Positions 12,501 to 26,556 of a stretch of 64,000 nt of DNA are shown here, piece by piece; the first letter of the stretch is position 1; each line of letters starts with the position of its first letter. The stretch comes from Harriotta raleighana. Its lineage: Eukaryota. The DNA lies in contig JBNZDD010013687.1 in assembly GCA_050575255.1 (NCBI GenBank), positions 847,024-911,023 on the forward strand, in the 5' to 3' direction. Under the pieces are notes generated by a model. The model worked only from the letters and a program-made list of their open reading frames with translations. It ran no database searches and was not told the origin of the DNA. The translations under genes and the position numbers were made by a program.

Positions 12501-15500
12501 CCCAGCAAAAAGGGGTGCACATCTTGTGAGAAGGGGCAGTACTGCAGAACAGATGTATCTGTTAAGGGCAAGAGCTGCCTCTGTAGTACTCAAAGGAGCC
12601 TGTTAAAAAACAAGACGCATAACGTTTGATAGAAAACAAAGCACAAACAAATTTAAAATATTATTTTAATTGAATTAGATATACAGTAATACCTATTTGT
12701 ATTACCTACAAGTTTGCAACTTGTTGTATTTTAATTAATAACTTACATTTGGATGGTTTATTAATTATGTGAAAAGGAACAAAACAGAGTTATTCTAATT
12801 TTCCAAATGTGGCAAAAACAGATTTGGTTGATATTTGCAAATAGGATTTTCCAATTCAAATGCCATATGGATATGCTGCACAGTTTATTAATTTTGACAC
12901 AGTCAATTACTTATTTAAAGGCACCAATTTACATAAATGAATCATTTATTAATTCACTAAATAAAGTGGTCGCTTCTGGTGTCAACTGAAAATAGGTTCA
13001 TTAAATCAATAATTGTCTAGAAAAAGCATATTGCTTGGCGCTTAAGAGAAGACTCAAAGTGGATGAAGTCTTTTTTGGAAGAAAATCTATTCCCTGGGAC
13101 TTTCGGTGCTCTGAGACACCACCCTATGTGTTGGATGCATTAAATATAAATACAAATTGTTGATGGAACTTACTGTATCTAGGGAGGCAGAGGCTTTTAA
13201 ATCAGGTAAAAATGCAACTTCCAGTAAATCAAGCATGAAAATTTGGTCCTCGATACCATACACACGGTCCAGAAATAGTACCATAGGTGCCTTGTGATCA
13301 GGACAGAAACTTGCAGACATATCAGGTTCATTGATGGATCCATCTGCCAAAACATCACAATTGAGATTCAAAATACTGATTAATATTATATTGTTAAAAA
13401 AAACGCAATTGGATAATTGATCTCAATTCTATCATTTAAATCCTTAAGAAATTCTGCACTCTTTCCTGAGCATGAACTATATAAAATCACGAATTGCATC
13501 TGGCCTCACCACACCTCTGGGAATGTATACATACTGCCACTTATTCAGAGGTTGGAATATCTTTTGATCTTTATGAATAGGTCCCAAAAATACGGAGTCC
13601 AATTCAGGCCATTCTCTACTTACAGGTTCAACCGGCAACAAAATACGGTAGTATGGAGGTGGGGGGTGGGTGAAGGTGTAAAGTCAATGACTTTGCTATG
13701 AATTGATAATGAAAATACATCATCATACACTAGTTTTGAATGATGGCTTAAATTGCTTCGAAAACCAATAAAGAATGAGTTATTCAAAACCAGAGAGGAA
13801 AGGCTGTACAGTACATATAATTTAATGAGTACATGTTTATTCTTGCCTAACGAGTAACCCTGAAGAAAATGTATAGCACACAGCTACATTAACATAAGTT
13901 TAATATGACTTACCTTTATTAATAGTCGGCAATTTTAGTGGTATGCTGATAATGCCCACCAGATCCTGAGTTGGCACCAGTGATCGAAGTATTGCTCGGA
14001 TGCGAATAGCCTCACCTTTTCCAGTTTGAATTAACTGATAAACAGGTAAATATTTATGATATGGTCAAAATAATACTTATTCACATAATTTCAAACTATA
14101 AGTGAGGTTTTTTGAGGTGTCACAGGTACCTACAGCTTTATTGTGATACTGTAATTCACCACGTTCACTAATCTGAAGGCAACAGTTATTTGCAAAGTCA
14201 ACAATTGCATGATAAATCTCGGAATCAATTCACGGAGCAAATGCTTAGAATGGTGTTGCTTACGTGCATCTCTGGAGCACAGCGACCCAGAAGGTCTATC
14301 AGAGCAGAGTAGAAGGACATGATAGCATTACCCATGTGTATAATGTCTTCTTCATCACTGTTAATAAATATGACAGGAATGCACAAGTGGGTTGGAGGGG
14401 GGTGTCAGGTGGAGTCGGGGGGGAGAAAGGGAAGAAAATGAGAGTTAATTCTTCAAAATACTTCTTCCAACGGACCACAACGATTTACGTCCTGAATGCA
14501 GCTAAATTCAACTATTGTCTCTATTTACTACCTGGTTACTTTAAATTCAACAAAAATTTGGTGTCCATATCTATACCTCAAAAATCAGAGAAGTCAACCA
14601 TCAAACAGATAATATAGCTAATCAGTAGATTCTTTAAAGATGTCACAAAAGTGAAATTCCGGATTTACCTATCTTTCTGAGCTTCCGCGGGAGGAAGGTC
14701 ACGTAGGGGATCTTCTGAGATTTGAATAGCTTCCTTCATCGCTGCCAGCAAGCCATTTCCCCCCTCACCCCTCAGAGCAGGGCCAAAGCACTCTGGATGC
14801 CGAATTAATAATTTCACAACAACATTTGCATTTTCTTCCACACTTTCACCTGGAACAAAAAAAGGTAAGTTTCATTTCAAAATGAAATAATTAACAAAAT
14901 GTTACGGCTTTTTGCAACAAAAGCCAACGATGCATTAAATAAGTTAAAAAATGTTATGTTATGTTATTAATGTTATGTTATTAATAACTATGATATGAAT
15001 CCCTGTTAAGACACAGTACCGACACCAATAACTGACAAATATTCACTTGTAGCAAATGTTCACTTGTAGCAAAAACTGGAGGGAAGCTAATTTATTGGAA
15101 CTGTATTCCAGAGTGAGTCAAAGGCATGTCAAATAAAGGAGATGGATAGTATCTTAAGAGCAGATAAATTGATAAAGACCTTCGTTAACATTTTGCTGCA
15201 GATATAATAAATCAGGATGTCAAACCTACCATTAACAAAGACTGCGAATCGCAGGAAGAGTAGATAACGTTCCCCTTCAATGGGATTCCAACCAATATCA
15301 GGGTAACCCTTTGCCACCAGAATGGGGCAGTTCTGCAGTCCACAGCCAGCCAAATAGGTTACCACCTGTCAAAGGCAAATATAAACATTTTATTATTCCA
15401 TTCATTTTAGAAAACTGTTTTTAAATACATTAAAAACTCCTCATAACTGGACATCTCAAAGCGCTTCACAGAATATACTGTAAAAGTGAATTGACTGTAT

Positions 15501-18500
15501 ATGAATGATGGAAGAGAAATTAACAGTTAGGGAGCAAAGACATGTTCCAATCATAAAGTGCAAGTCTGTAGCTATTTACATGAATCAAAATATGAATACA
15601 TTAATGATGATCTAATGGTATCAAATATTATGGTTGGCATTTTTAAAATCTAGATAGGTAATATCTATCCACAAAAGTCTATACAGTATTTATAAATTCC
15701 AGAGGTTAAATGTGAAACAGTTTAGTGAATTGATCTGTTGATGACAGAAGGAATACTTTTGTTTATAAAGACTGGGCATACTGCTCTTCGATGCATTACC
15801 TTTTCCAAATCAGGTTCCCGCAAATCCAGAGCAAGCTCATTGTTGTCCATTAGAGAAGCGGCTGCTACATCAAGAGGAGTAGAACCTCGCATGCTGGGTG
15901 ATGCTACAAGTAAAGAATAAGAGGGTTTCTTGGGATGTGAAGTGCACCATTAACCCCAGACAAAATGAGCCAAGCCAGTCTGCAGAAATCAATCCGACAC
16001 TTTCTTCCATTTCAATGAAGCATACATAATAGTATTTTAATCATTCATGCAACAGAGGGCAGCCTCTCCTTGCTAATAGAGATGGCTGGGCAACAGAAGA
16101 TGAGTGAGCATAAATAGGATTTTTCAGTTTGAATCAATGAGGCAGATATTGCATCTATAATTTAAATGCTGCAGCAAATGCTTTCTTTTGAAGGACCCAT
16201 GCTGCTGTGTTTGTCTGACATGATTGCTGTGTTTATCTGACATGTATTGTATTGACCGACATTAGTATAGACTGCACCAGAAGATGAACTCTCACTGCAT
16301 GGCAAGTCAACATAATGAATGTTAAAGATTTAGAAATTGTCGCACCTTTAGCAGCTAGATTGCTATTTCAAACAATATCAACCATGACGGAAGCAAAATG
16401 CTCTGCAATTTTAGGATTCTAAATAGCTTTAGCCATTCTAACTGTTTGTACAGATGAAAACAAGTCCAAGATCTTGTCCACGATAGAGCTACAATTTACA
16501 AGAAATCAAAAGACAGCAGAAACCAGAGCTCCCCTTTACTCCTGACCTATTTGTACAAGGTCAGTCTTGTGATACCTATCTATACACATGGAACGACCTC
16601 ATCAGTTAAAATTAAACTAGGTACCCAGTCCAACACTGCTATTTTCCAGCAAGTAACTGAGATGATCAAACATGGCCTTCTGGTTTTGTCGGCTGATGCG
16701 GCAGAAGTAGCAAAGGAATCGACAGCAGCTCGCCACCATTTCAGGGAAAGCAATCTCCTAAATGCAGACAGCGATCAGAAGAAAAAGCTTGTTTAGTGGA
16801 ATGTATAACTATAAACAGTAAACATCCTAATGACTGTACCACATGATAAGGCACAATATAAAATGCAAGTATTATTATGATTATTATCTGTCTCACTTGT
16901 GCATGCAATCAAATTTTTATTGTATCGTTGATGCAGGGTCTAAAATGCAAATTGAAAAAAAAACTTTAAAATACATGACAATAGTGAATAGGTCTCTTGA
17001 ATTTGGTACTGTAAGTAAGTAAGCCTTCATAACGTTGACTTTCTTTGGTATTTCTATATACAGTAAAAGCTTTGTTATCCGGCACCCTCGGGACCTATTA
17101 ATCAAAGATGCCGGATATTTGAGCAGCAAGTTGCCGAAAATCCTACACAAAAAATTAACTTATTTTAAAACATACCATATTAATATTAGACTAAATAGTA
17201 ACAGAATATTGTATGGATACTTACCAATAAAGCATTCCAGCACAGTCGGTAAAATCTTGTTCGCGAAGTTTAATAAGTCCGCATTCACATGCACACACAA
17301 AGTGAGCATACTGGGAATGTGCCGGATGGCTCCGGTATGAGATATGGTGGTACGCTGGAATGGAACTTATTTCATTGAATTATATTGGGAGATACCGGTT
17401 GGTTGAGCATTCCGGTTGGTCGAGTGCCAGATAACCAAGCTGTTCCTGTATTGTGCTCATGAAGAATGAACACCTGTCCTTTCACAGGGATATTTCCGTG
17501 CATAGGTGCGGAACTCTCAGTCTGGCTTGGCCACTCTTAAGCATGGTGATAGGCTTCTCCCTATGTCACACTGATCAAAAATATCAGGTCTTTGCGACTT
17601 TGAGTTTCTTAGATAGAGTTACACTATTACACAGTACGCATATGAAGAATCAACACCACTGACTTTTTTGTAGATGGATCTCACTTTTCATTGTCATACA
17701 GCTGAGATGCAAAGATGGACTTAAATCCATTCAACATGAATTACCTGTGATTTATTTGCTCCAAGTACATTCACCATCACATCCATGACGGTCTCGTGCA
17801 TACCCAGCACTCTCATCAAATTCGGATGTTGATAGAATACTTTGTTGTTCATAATATCCCTGAGAGAAAAGTAAAGTACTCTTAAATTAGCCTGCCTGAA
17901 GAATTAAGTAAAATTTCTCACCCTGATCCCATTTCAGGAAATTGAGGGATAAATTGACGGCAGGTAAATCAGATGAAAAAGTTTATTCACCACAAACAAA
18001 ATTGCAGAGTATCTTAATGAGGTTGAATGGCCTACATTTTGTTCATGTCTATCCATTTCATTGTGCATTAGTAAAACAATATTTCAAAATGCATTCTATC
18101 TGAAACAAGACTTCTATTAAAACTGGGTAATTTCTTACCCTAATCCACGAATCATGAGCACTTCTTCTTCTCTCCCCATCCTCACACTAAGAAGAGATCG
18201 AATCTGTCCAAGGGAAACTAGCAGGTTGATGGTATCCTGCACAGAGGCAGCACTAATGGTGTATGCTTTTCGCATAGCGCTCAGCAGCTCACCCATGGCA
18301 TCATATTGCCGTCGCAATAGGCTGAACATTGTCTTAATCAATTCAGGATCCTGTAGTACTGATTCTTGTGCCCAGTGCACCATTGTCTGTGAAATAAGTT
18401 CCATCAGGTTGGCTGCAATAGAGTTTAGAAAAGCATTCCATAAATTAAGCACGTAGAACACAGCTCTGATACAGAACTAACTGTAATTTAAAACCATTCA

Positions 18501-21500
18501 ATAGGAAATAGCTTACAATTTGCACTCATTATAGTTCTTGGTCAGGGAATACAACATCCGTTTCTAAAAATATCTAAATACATTGAAAGCAATAATTTTC
18601 CTGTCTTTCACAGGTTTTATTTTGGTCAATTACTTTTTTTTCCCTCATCGAAAGCATTGTGAGAAATTAAGAGTGAGATCCTGAATGATAGGCAAGTGTG
18701 GAGGGAAGTAGGGAATAAGAGTGATAAAGGGAGAACATAAGAACACAAGTAGGAGCAAGACTAGGCCATTCGGCCCCTCAAGCCTGCCCCGCCATTTAAT
18801 AAAATCATGGCTGATCTTCTATCCTAACTCCATTTACCCGCCCTATCCGCATATCCCTTAATCCCTTTAGCTTTTTAAAAAAGGGCACTAATAACCATCG
18901 CTCTTAATCTTTCAACAGCAATAGGTTAAAACACAATACAGATGCAATACAGCTTACGAAAAACGGCTGCTTTGCTGTTTCAAACAGAAAGAATACCAGT
19001 ACCCAAGAGACATAATTTAAATGTTGCGACATTAGCAATATTTCTCATGATGATTGATTCATTATTGACATTGAGGATATAAGTACATATAATGTACTTT
19101 CAATGTACTTTCTTCACATTTCTAGTGAGCTGTTTCTTTTAAAAAATCAGTACAAATGTTGAGAGAAGTGTAGGGAGTTGCTTACTTTGTATGTGGCAAA
19201 TTTTGTGGAAAACGGCTAATGTCAATAAGGATAATGTCAATTCAACAATGTGTTGATGGTTGATTTTATTTGTTGTCAGTACAGGACATTCCAGTTTGAT
19301 GATAATTCTCTTTTCAATTGATAGCAATACTATGTAGTTCCCTTTATATGCCCCCAAATTCACTATCCTCCAAAAGCTGTCCCTGACAATTCATTCCAGA
19401 TTCTTCTAATCCGTTGGGAAAATTGTCCCCCACTTAATAATAATTAAAATATATGAATCAATAGATGCAGAACCTATATAAAAATCGTAATTAAAATGGA
19501 AAGAATAAAATAAAAGATTTGTTTATTGTACTAGAGATTGCTTTAATATTTTAATACTGTAATTTCATATCTATAAAGTTTCAATATTCCTTTGTTATTT
19601 CTGAGTTAAAGATTCAGTTAACGCATTCAAAATCCAGAAACATTCTTAAAGTCAACGAATAAAATAAATGTTTAAGGTATGAGTCTTAGAAATAGCAAAT
19701 CGTAAAAGGAAAACAATTAGGATACAAATATAGAGCACTGTATTATATTTTAATGGCTTTCAACATTAGTGTGTTGTTAATCTACGCATTGCTCTACAAT
19801 GCCAATTAAAGGGATACTGTATGATCCAACATAAATAAGGTTAGAATTTACAAATCCACAACTTTAACATTTGCTGTGTTACTATTTTCGGAGGTCTCTC
19901 TCAAAATATTTCTGCAGCAAATAAATCAGCACACGATTGTACATGATTTTTGTATGGATTCCCACATTCTGCATTGAGGAAAGCATCTTACTAATTGAAG
20001 CACAAATATTTTAGCTATCTTTGGCAGTAATCTGGAGACATTAACAGATGGTACCAATGCCTCAGTCCTAAACATGTAACTATTTTTTACTTCCAAATGT
20101 CTTGGTTATTGTAATTTGACCCTTGACAAATCTTTATAACTGGAATGGAACCCCAGCTGTGCGTTTAAACATTGACTGATCTACTACAGAAAGATAAGAT
20201 AAATTATCTTCCCAGATGATTTGATTTAATTCTGTTTCAAAAAGCTTTGACTCAGAATTCAACTTGAGATTTTATGCTAAACATATTTATTCATAGCAAA
20301 GTTAAGAAAGTATCATCGGACCCAACATCACTGCAAGCAATGTTTTGGCTCATCATATGGTGCAAGCCAATCCATGTTATTTATGATCCTTCATGGATCA
20401 AGCTGTTGAGTGTTTTATAACACATTGAGTAAAGTGTTTGAGATCTCGATTTCTCAAGTTCTTCAATAAAATCATTGCATTTTAAATTATTTTCATCCAC
20501 AGTATTAAATAGAAGGCGACAACTTGAATAGCAGTGTCAATCACTCGACTTTAAGAGTGTGAACTGTGAGCGCTGCATAATTTTTACCTTATTAACCTGA
20601 TTATGATTTGGAAACAAACTGCAGATCCAGAACTCCATCTATCCAGAACCCGGCAGCCATTCTCCTTTCCCACAGAAGACCCTTAAGACTCCACCATTCC
20701 CCATCTTCACCTGGCTCCCTATACCCTAAAGAATCAAATTCAAGATCCTCATTCTACGTTTCAAATACCTCTACACTCTTTCCTCAACTACTTTGGATTT
20801 CCTGCATTCCCATTTGGCTCCCTGCTCTCAATGATGTGCCAACTCAGACACAATGAATAACCCCCATTTGCATCCTCCCTTTCTGCTTTGAAAACCCTTC
20901 TAAACATCTACCACGTTGGCTGCCCCTTCAATCAACTTCATCCTGTCCCACACTTAACATTTCATGTCTCTGTGAAGCACTTTGCAATGGTATCATATCT
21001 GAAAGATGAAATATAAGTTCAGGTGGTTGATATTGGTTTCAGGTGTCAATAATTTCACTTCCCACCCCAACCAAGTAATATTTGTGGGGACTTACTGGGG
21101 GCTTTTTCTTCCTCTTCAGTTGGTTGCTCATCCACTTTCTTTGGCTTCCCTTTGATTTTATGCACTATATAAAGGAGTTTTCCCATCAACGATTCATCTT
21201 TTTCTTCTTCCTCCTCTTCTTCACTTGGAATCCCTGAAGACAAAGGGAACAGATGTATACAACGTCAACAACTTGCACTTATACAGCACCCTCCATGCAG
21301 CGTATTTTCTCAGCGTTTGTAGAACACAGCAAATCTAGTTGACATTCAGAACTATAAGACTGGAACAGGAACGATATTGTGTCAACGTGTCCTTCCAGGT
21401 CCTGTGGTTGAGCCAGGCTGGTTGTGTTGTCATCAGCAGTGCCCTGGAGTACTGCGGATCTGCCTGGCTCAGCAACCGGATTACTGAGATGGCCAGAAAG

Positions 21501-24500
21501 GATTAGCTCGATTCCGCCACTCCATTGCCAGTCATTTCACCTTGCAGTCAGTTCAGCTCCGAGGAGACCCCGCATATCTACCCCCACCCACCCTCCAATG
21601 CAGGATTGAATAGAGAGCATTCCGCATTTTCATGAGCATCCAGGTGAAGCAATGCTTCCTGAACCCATTTGTAACTGCCTTGGTTTTGAATTTAAGACCA
21701 TGGCCCCATGTAATGGATTTGACTAAGAAAGGGAAGACTTATTGAATATCTGCCCTGCTAATTGCTTTCAATACTTTAATCAAAACATCCCTTAACCTCC
21801 TCTGTTGAAGGAATCTACGTTGAAGGAATTTAACCGCTGTCGCCTCAGCCTCTGATCATGCTAAGCCTTTCAGCCCAAGTATTAATCTAGCGAATCATCA
21901 CTAGATACCCTCCATATCCTTCGTAAAATAAACTTTCTTCCTGAACAGAAGAAAGTGTCGAACTCAGGGTAGATTGACAGGTTCCTAGCCCAAGTGCCGG
22001 AATTTAAATTTACAAGAATTTCTGAAGCTGAGATCCAAATTAAAAAGATGTCCATTCTGATTTAATTATAGCAAGTCATTCTTAAACTAGTCTGGCATTC
22101 TGGTCTTATTGATGCTTCCTAGCAGCTGGTGCCAGTTGTTAATTAACGTTTGGATAAAGAGATACTTCCTATTTTCTGTCCTGATATTGCTCTTTACAAC
22201 CATTAAACCATTACAATCTGCTCCTTTAATGAACAAAATCCATATTTTTCTTTCACAGGCAAAGTTGGATCAACTCTGAAATATTGTCCCTTTGATTTCC
22301 TTTCATATCTGTAAATGCAACTGATGGTTATGATAAACATGAGCTGTACAGCTGTGTGATTGTACAGCTGTGTGATTGTACAGCTGTGTGTACAGCTGTA
22401 TGAGCTGTGTGATTTAATTGCCACCTTCTATCTTGTGTGCTGTTACATTGATTAGCTCTGCAATGTCAACATGGCCGCGTAAATGACACTGCATTTTGCA
22501 AATCGGTGTCAGATTCTCCTAAAAAAAACACAGCCGCTGCACTTTACAGTATATCCTGTGAAGTACTCTGAGACATCCCCCCGATGAGTAACACACTGGA
22601 TCAAATGCAAGGATCATTATTAGATTATGACAAGATTTTTTTTCACATGGAGCTCCTGTGGCTCAGTGGTTACAGCACTTGCCTTACATGCCTTACAAGC
22701 ATGAGACCTGTGTTCGAATCCAGGCAAATCAGGGAGAAACCTTGGGCAAGTTTCCTTACTCCACATGCCTAATAATAATCCCTCCAAAAAACCACAATAA
22801 TAAAATTGGTCATTTCAATCCACGACTGTTTGTGGGACCCTGCTGTGCGCAATTGGCTGCCGCGTTCCGCCCACAAAAAATATATACAGTCAATTCACTT
22901 TACAGTATATTCTGTGAAGCGTTTGGGATGTTGATAAGATGTGAAAAGCGCTATATCAAATGCAAGGATTATTATTATTATTATTATTATTATCTTGTAC
23001 TTACATTCAAAAGATTTCTAGGTTATGGGTACTAGAGGAGTGGGAATATTTTGTTATACAACTGTACAGATTCCCTTTTACTAGTAAAATGTATTATTAG
23101 GTTGACTCAAGAGAAGAATTTCGCCCAAAATAATTTTCGCCCACAAATATACAGTCAATTTTTTCTACTTTCCTTCCCCCGCTACATTAATGTAATTTTG
23201 ATTGATTGATTGATTGATATGTTCCTGTAGAAGAGGATTGGAAATCTCCAAATGTATTCGTGATCTCACAGGAAGCGAGAGGAGAGAACTCAACTCTGTT
23301 ATCACTTAGGAAATGGTGCGCCTCGTCTGCTTGAATAACACCAGCTATTATGAGCACAGACACAGGTTGCAAATTGGGATGCCTCCTGACCTATGCTCTT
23401 TGCGAGTGCCAGGGCTCTAATATCGTTCCTTTGGTCAACTCAAGGTCATTCCACTTGACAAAATCAATGCAAGTACATGGCTGCATCTCACACAATTGGA
23501 GATTGCACTGATTATTCAAGGGAAGAGGATCCTGGTTTATTGGTCAGTCTTGTCAAAGTTTGTGAGGACACAAAGACCACTTTCTCTCTTCCAAAGCAAT
23601 TCCTCGATTTTTACTATGACAAGGCTGCAGGGTAATGTTAACCTCAATCTATAAATAACTGTCATATTTTGGCTTAACTTGGAGGAGATGAAATTTTACA
23701 CCCTGAAATGGTTCATCTGGAAGAGTTTAGCTGCTCACCACAGTGCGTTAGAAGGTCATCGTGGAGGTCGTACAGCTCTTCACACATGTCATCGGGGCAG
23801 GTGGAATCATCATCGTTCCTAAAGTTCAGCAACATATTAATCTGCAAGAAAAGACGATAAACCGAGTTAAGCCCTTCTCGCGTAGATTAATAAAAGACAA
23901 AAAAAATCATATGCAGAAAAATAAATCCCACTTTACAACACTGCCAAGTTAATTGTGCTAGAATACAAGATGACCTCAGGAAAAAAAACATGTTTATAAC
24001 GTATAAACTCCTCACTTTTGGTAACTATAAATTAGAAACATAAATATAAACTCCATCCCTGCAATTCCAACATATTATATAGCTCAATAAAGAAACAATG
24101 GACTTGAATTCGCCAATCAATTTGTTTCCTAACCAACGCAGTTCTTCGAGCTTAAACTTGAGGCTACAAACGATCTCCAGAGTACCCAACATTTCTGGTA
24201 CCACCTACAGGAAAAGAGACATCACCTGTTCTTGAGGAGGCGAGCGGAACTCTCTGGTCTTTTTGGCAGTGAGGGCTGCTGACATGTTGTACGCCAGCAT
24301 AAGTTCATCGTAACGGAACTTCTGGTTTTTCTGCAACTTTGCAACAAACGTGTCTGCAAAAGAAACAATGGCCTCCACCCGATGCCGTAGTTCACAGTCA
24401 CAGAAGTAGTGCAGGAGTTCACACATCTTGAAACCAGAACAGAAACCTAGTTACTGTACAATTTGTTCTTTCCAACAAATGAATAGCAATAGAGAAATCA

Positions 24501-26519
24501 GACTCTGAAATGGGTTGCAGCTGATCAGATAATTTTGGCCACAACTGCAGTTTTTAAACTAACAGGAGCCTCAAGAAGCTGGTTTCTGGATCATTTTGAA
24601 ATGTTCAGAGACTGAAAGCACTGCTAAATGGTTTGGGGTCCTGGAAAGAAGAGGTTTTGTACAGAAGGAAACATGGCAGAACAGAAAAGGCCCAACAAAC
24701 TATACAAATAAAATTGCTTGCGTGTTGCGTTTTTGAAAATCCTGAATATTGTTTCTGAGGATACATTCAAATAGATAGCAATTTCCAGTTGTAAATTCTG
24801 AATATAACGAATATAACACATAATAATGGATCACGTTTGCATAAAAAATATAGTTACAGTATTACAGTATATCCTATGAAGAACTTTGAGACGTCCCACT
24901 GAGGTAAAATGTGTTATATCAAATGTAAGGATTATTATTAGAATTACTGGATAAATTGACACAAGGCAGAGGAAATTACAAACAACTGAACACTCCTATA
25001 TTCTCTACCTGATATTTGACTGACTCTGGTAATGTCTTTTCCAATAATCCTTTTAAGGGAGTCTGAGCTGCTTGCGTTACTTCCTCACCGGCCTCCACAG
25101 CCTTTTCTTTGTTCTTGGTGACCAGTTCCTTTGGTGTTTTCTCCTCCTCTATCACCTCCTCTTTAGGCTCACCAAACACATCGGAATCAATCAAAAGCAA
25201 GATCTGTTGGACATCATTGTTGTCAAGCACGCCAATGATGAGCAGAGTCTTAACCAGTTTGAGGATAGGAACAAAATGAAATTCTACACTCCCCCCAACA
25301 GGGTCGCGGATGTAATGGCCACCGCCAGTCACTGCTTCTGTCAGCATCTCAATGGCTTTGACCTTCAGAACATTGAGTGGGATCTCCGGGCTGTACAAAT
25401 GGGTGTCTTCACTGTTGCTAATGAAATAAGGTGTCGAGAAGTTCATTCGAGGTCTTAAACAAGTACTGATGCCAACGCCCGGGAGACCATAGGCCTGATT
25501 CTTTTCCGGATATAACCTTATGCTCCTGGTTTCGGCAGTTACTGGAATGATGAATTCATTGTTCATAATCAACCTGGCTTGTTTTGCTGATTGTAAGTGA
25601 ATACTGATGAGTAGGTCATAGAATCCACTGCGTAAAAGCCCCGGTAGATATTCATTTTCCATTGTGTAAAGCAATTGTGCTTGATTAACATGGCTGCATA
25701 GAGCATGGGCTACACGATTATTACCCAAAGCACAGAGAGCACCGTACAGCTGCAGTGTGTGGTAGTGGAACGTGATCAGCTCTTTGTATTCAGATAGCTC
25801 CAAGATATCCAAGCACCTGAAAATGTAAAAGCAACACAAGTGATGGGGGATGGTAGATACATGGACATGTGAGACGTGTCACATCCAGGTAATAAGGATC
25901 CAAGAGATCATACACAACAATACTCTGCCCTGATGGATGGATGGAGCTCTAGCTATTTAATCTGCATCGATAGGCATCAATGTGGCTTTAAAAAACTTGA
26001 GGTAAGCACAAAGTACATATCATTAGTCAATATAGCTAAACTAGTTTGGAAATGCACAACAAAAGTTGTTCTTCTGATCCTGGATTTAAAGATCAGGACA
26101 GAGTAATATGCTGGCAATCCTACATTCTAATATTTTAGAGGAATTCCAATTTACAAACCTACTCTGTTTTAGAAGAAAACTGAATAAAGTTTTCTTAGTG
26201 CTTCATATTTCATTTACATTTGCAGTCACACAACTGAAAAGGGACTTATTTGAAAGTATCAGAACTCATTAGTATATTTTTTATTTATTCATGTAAGTGG
26301 ACGGAACCTGAATCAAAACACCTGTAAGAATAGATCTTCACATTTCAGATTTTTGGATGAAAATGGCTACATGTATATTAACAGCAACTGGTCACTGACA
26401 ACCCCACCACTATATTTGTGAATTTTTAAATTGTTATTCACGCTCTAACCCAGAAGCATTTTACTTAATCTAGGTTACAGATTTAAACAAGTTAAGAAAT
26501 CAATATCAACCATGGTAAA

Positions 26520-26556
<37 letters not shown>

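Noticed and set aside
14485-14505. Possible 3-nt microexon (TGCATTCAG|GAC|GTAAAT, minus strand)
   Set aside because: No adequate pyrimidine tract and no homology support; easily a chance match.
17035-17340. Similar ORFs at 17035 (+), 39680 (-) and 3568 (-) suggesting a small protein family
   Set aside because: They are chance frames in copies of the same MITE; no protein motif, and frames differ between copies.
18154-18456. Plus-strand ORFs overlapping exons (also 25072, 36701, 44480, 12417)
   Set aside because: Antisense shadows of RyR exons.
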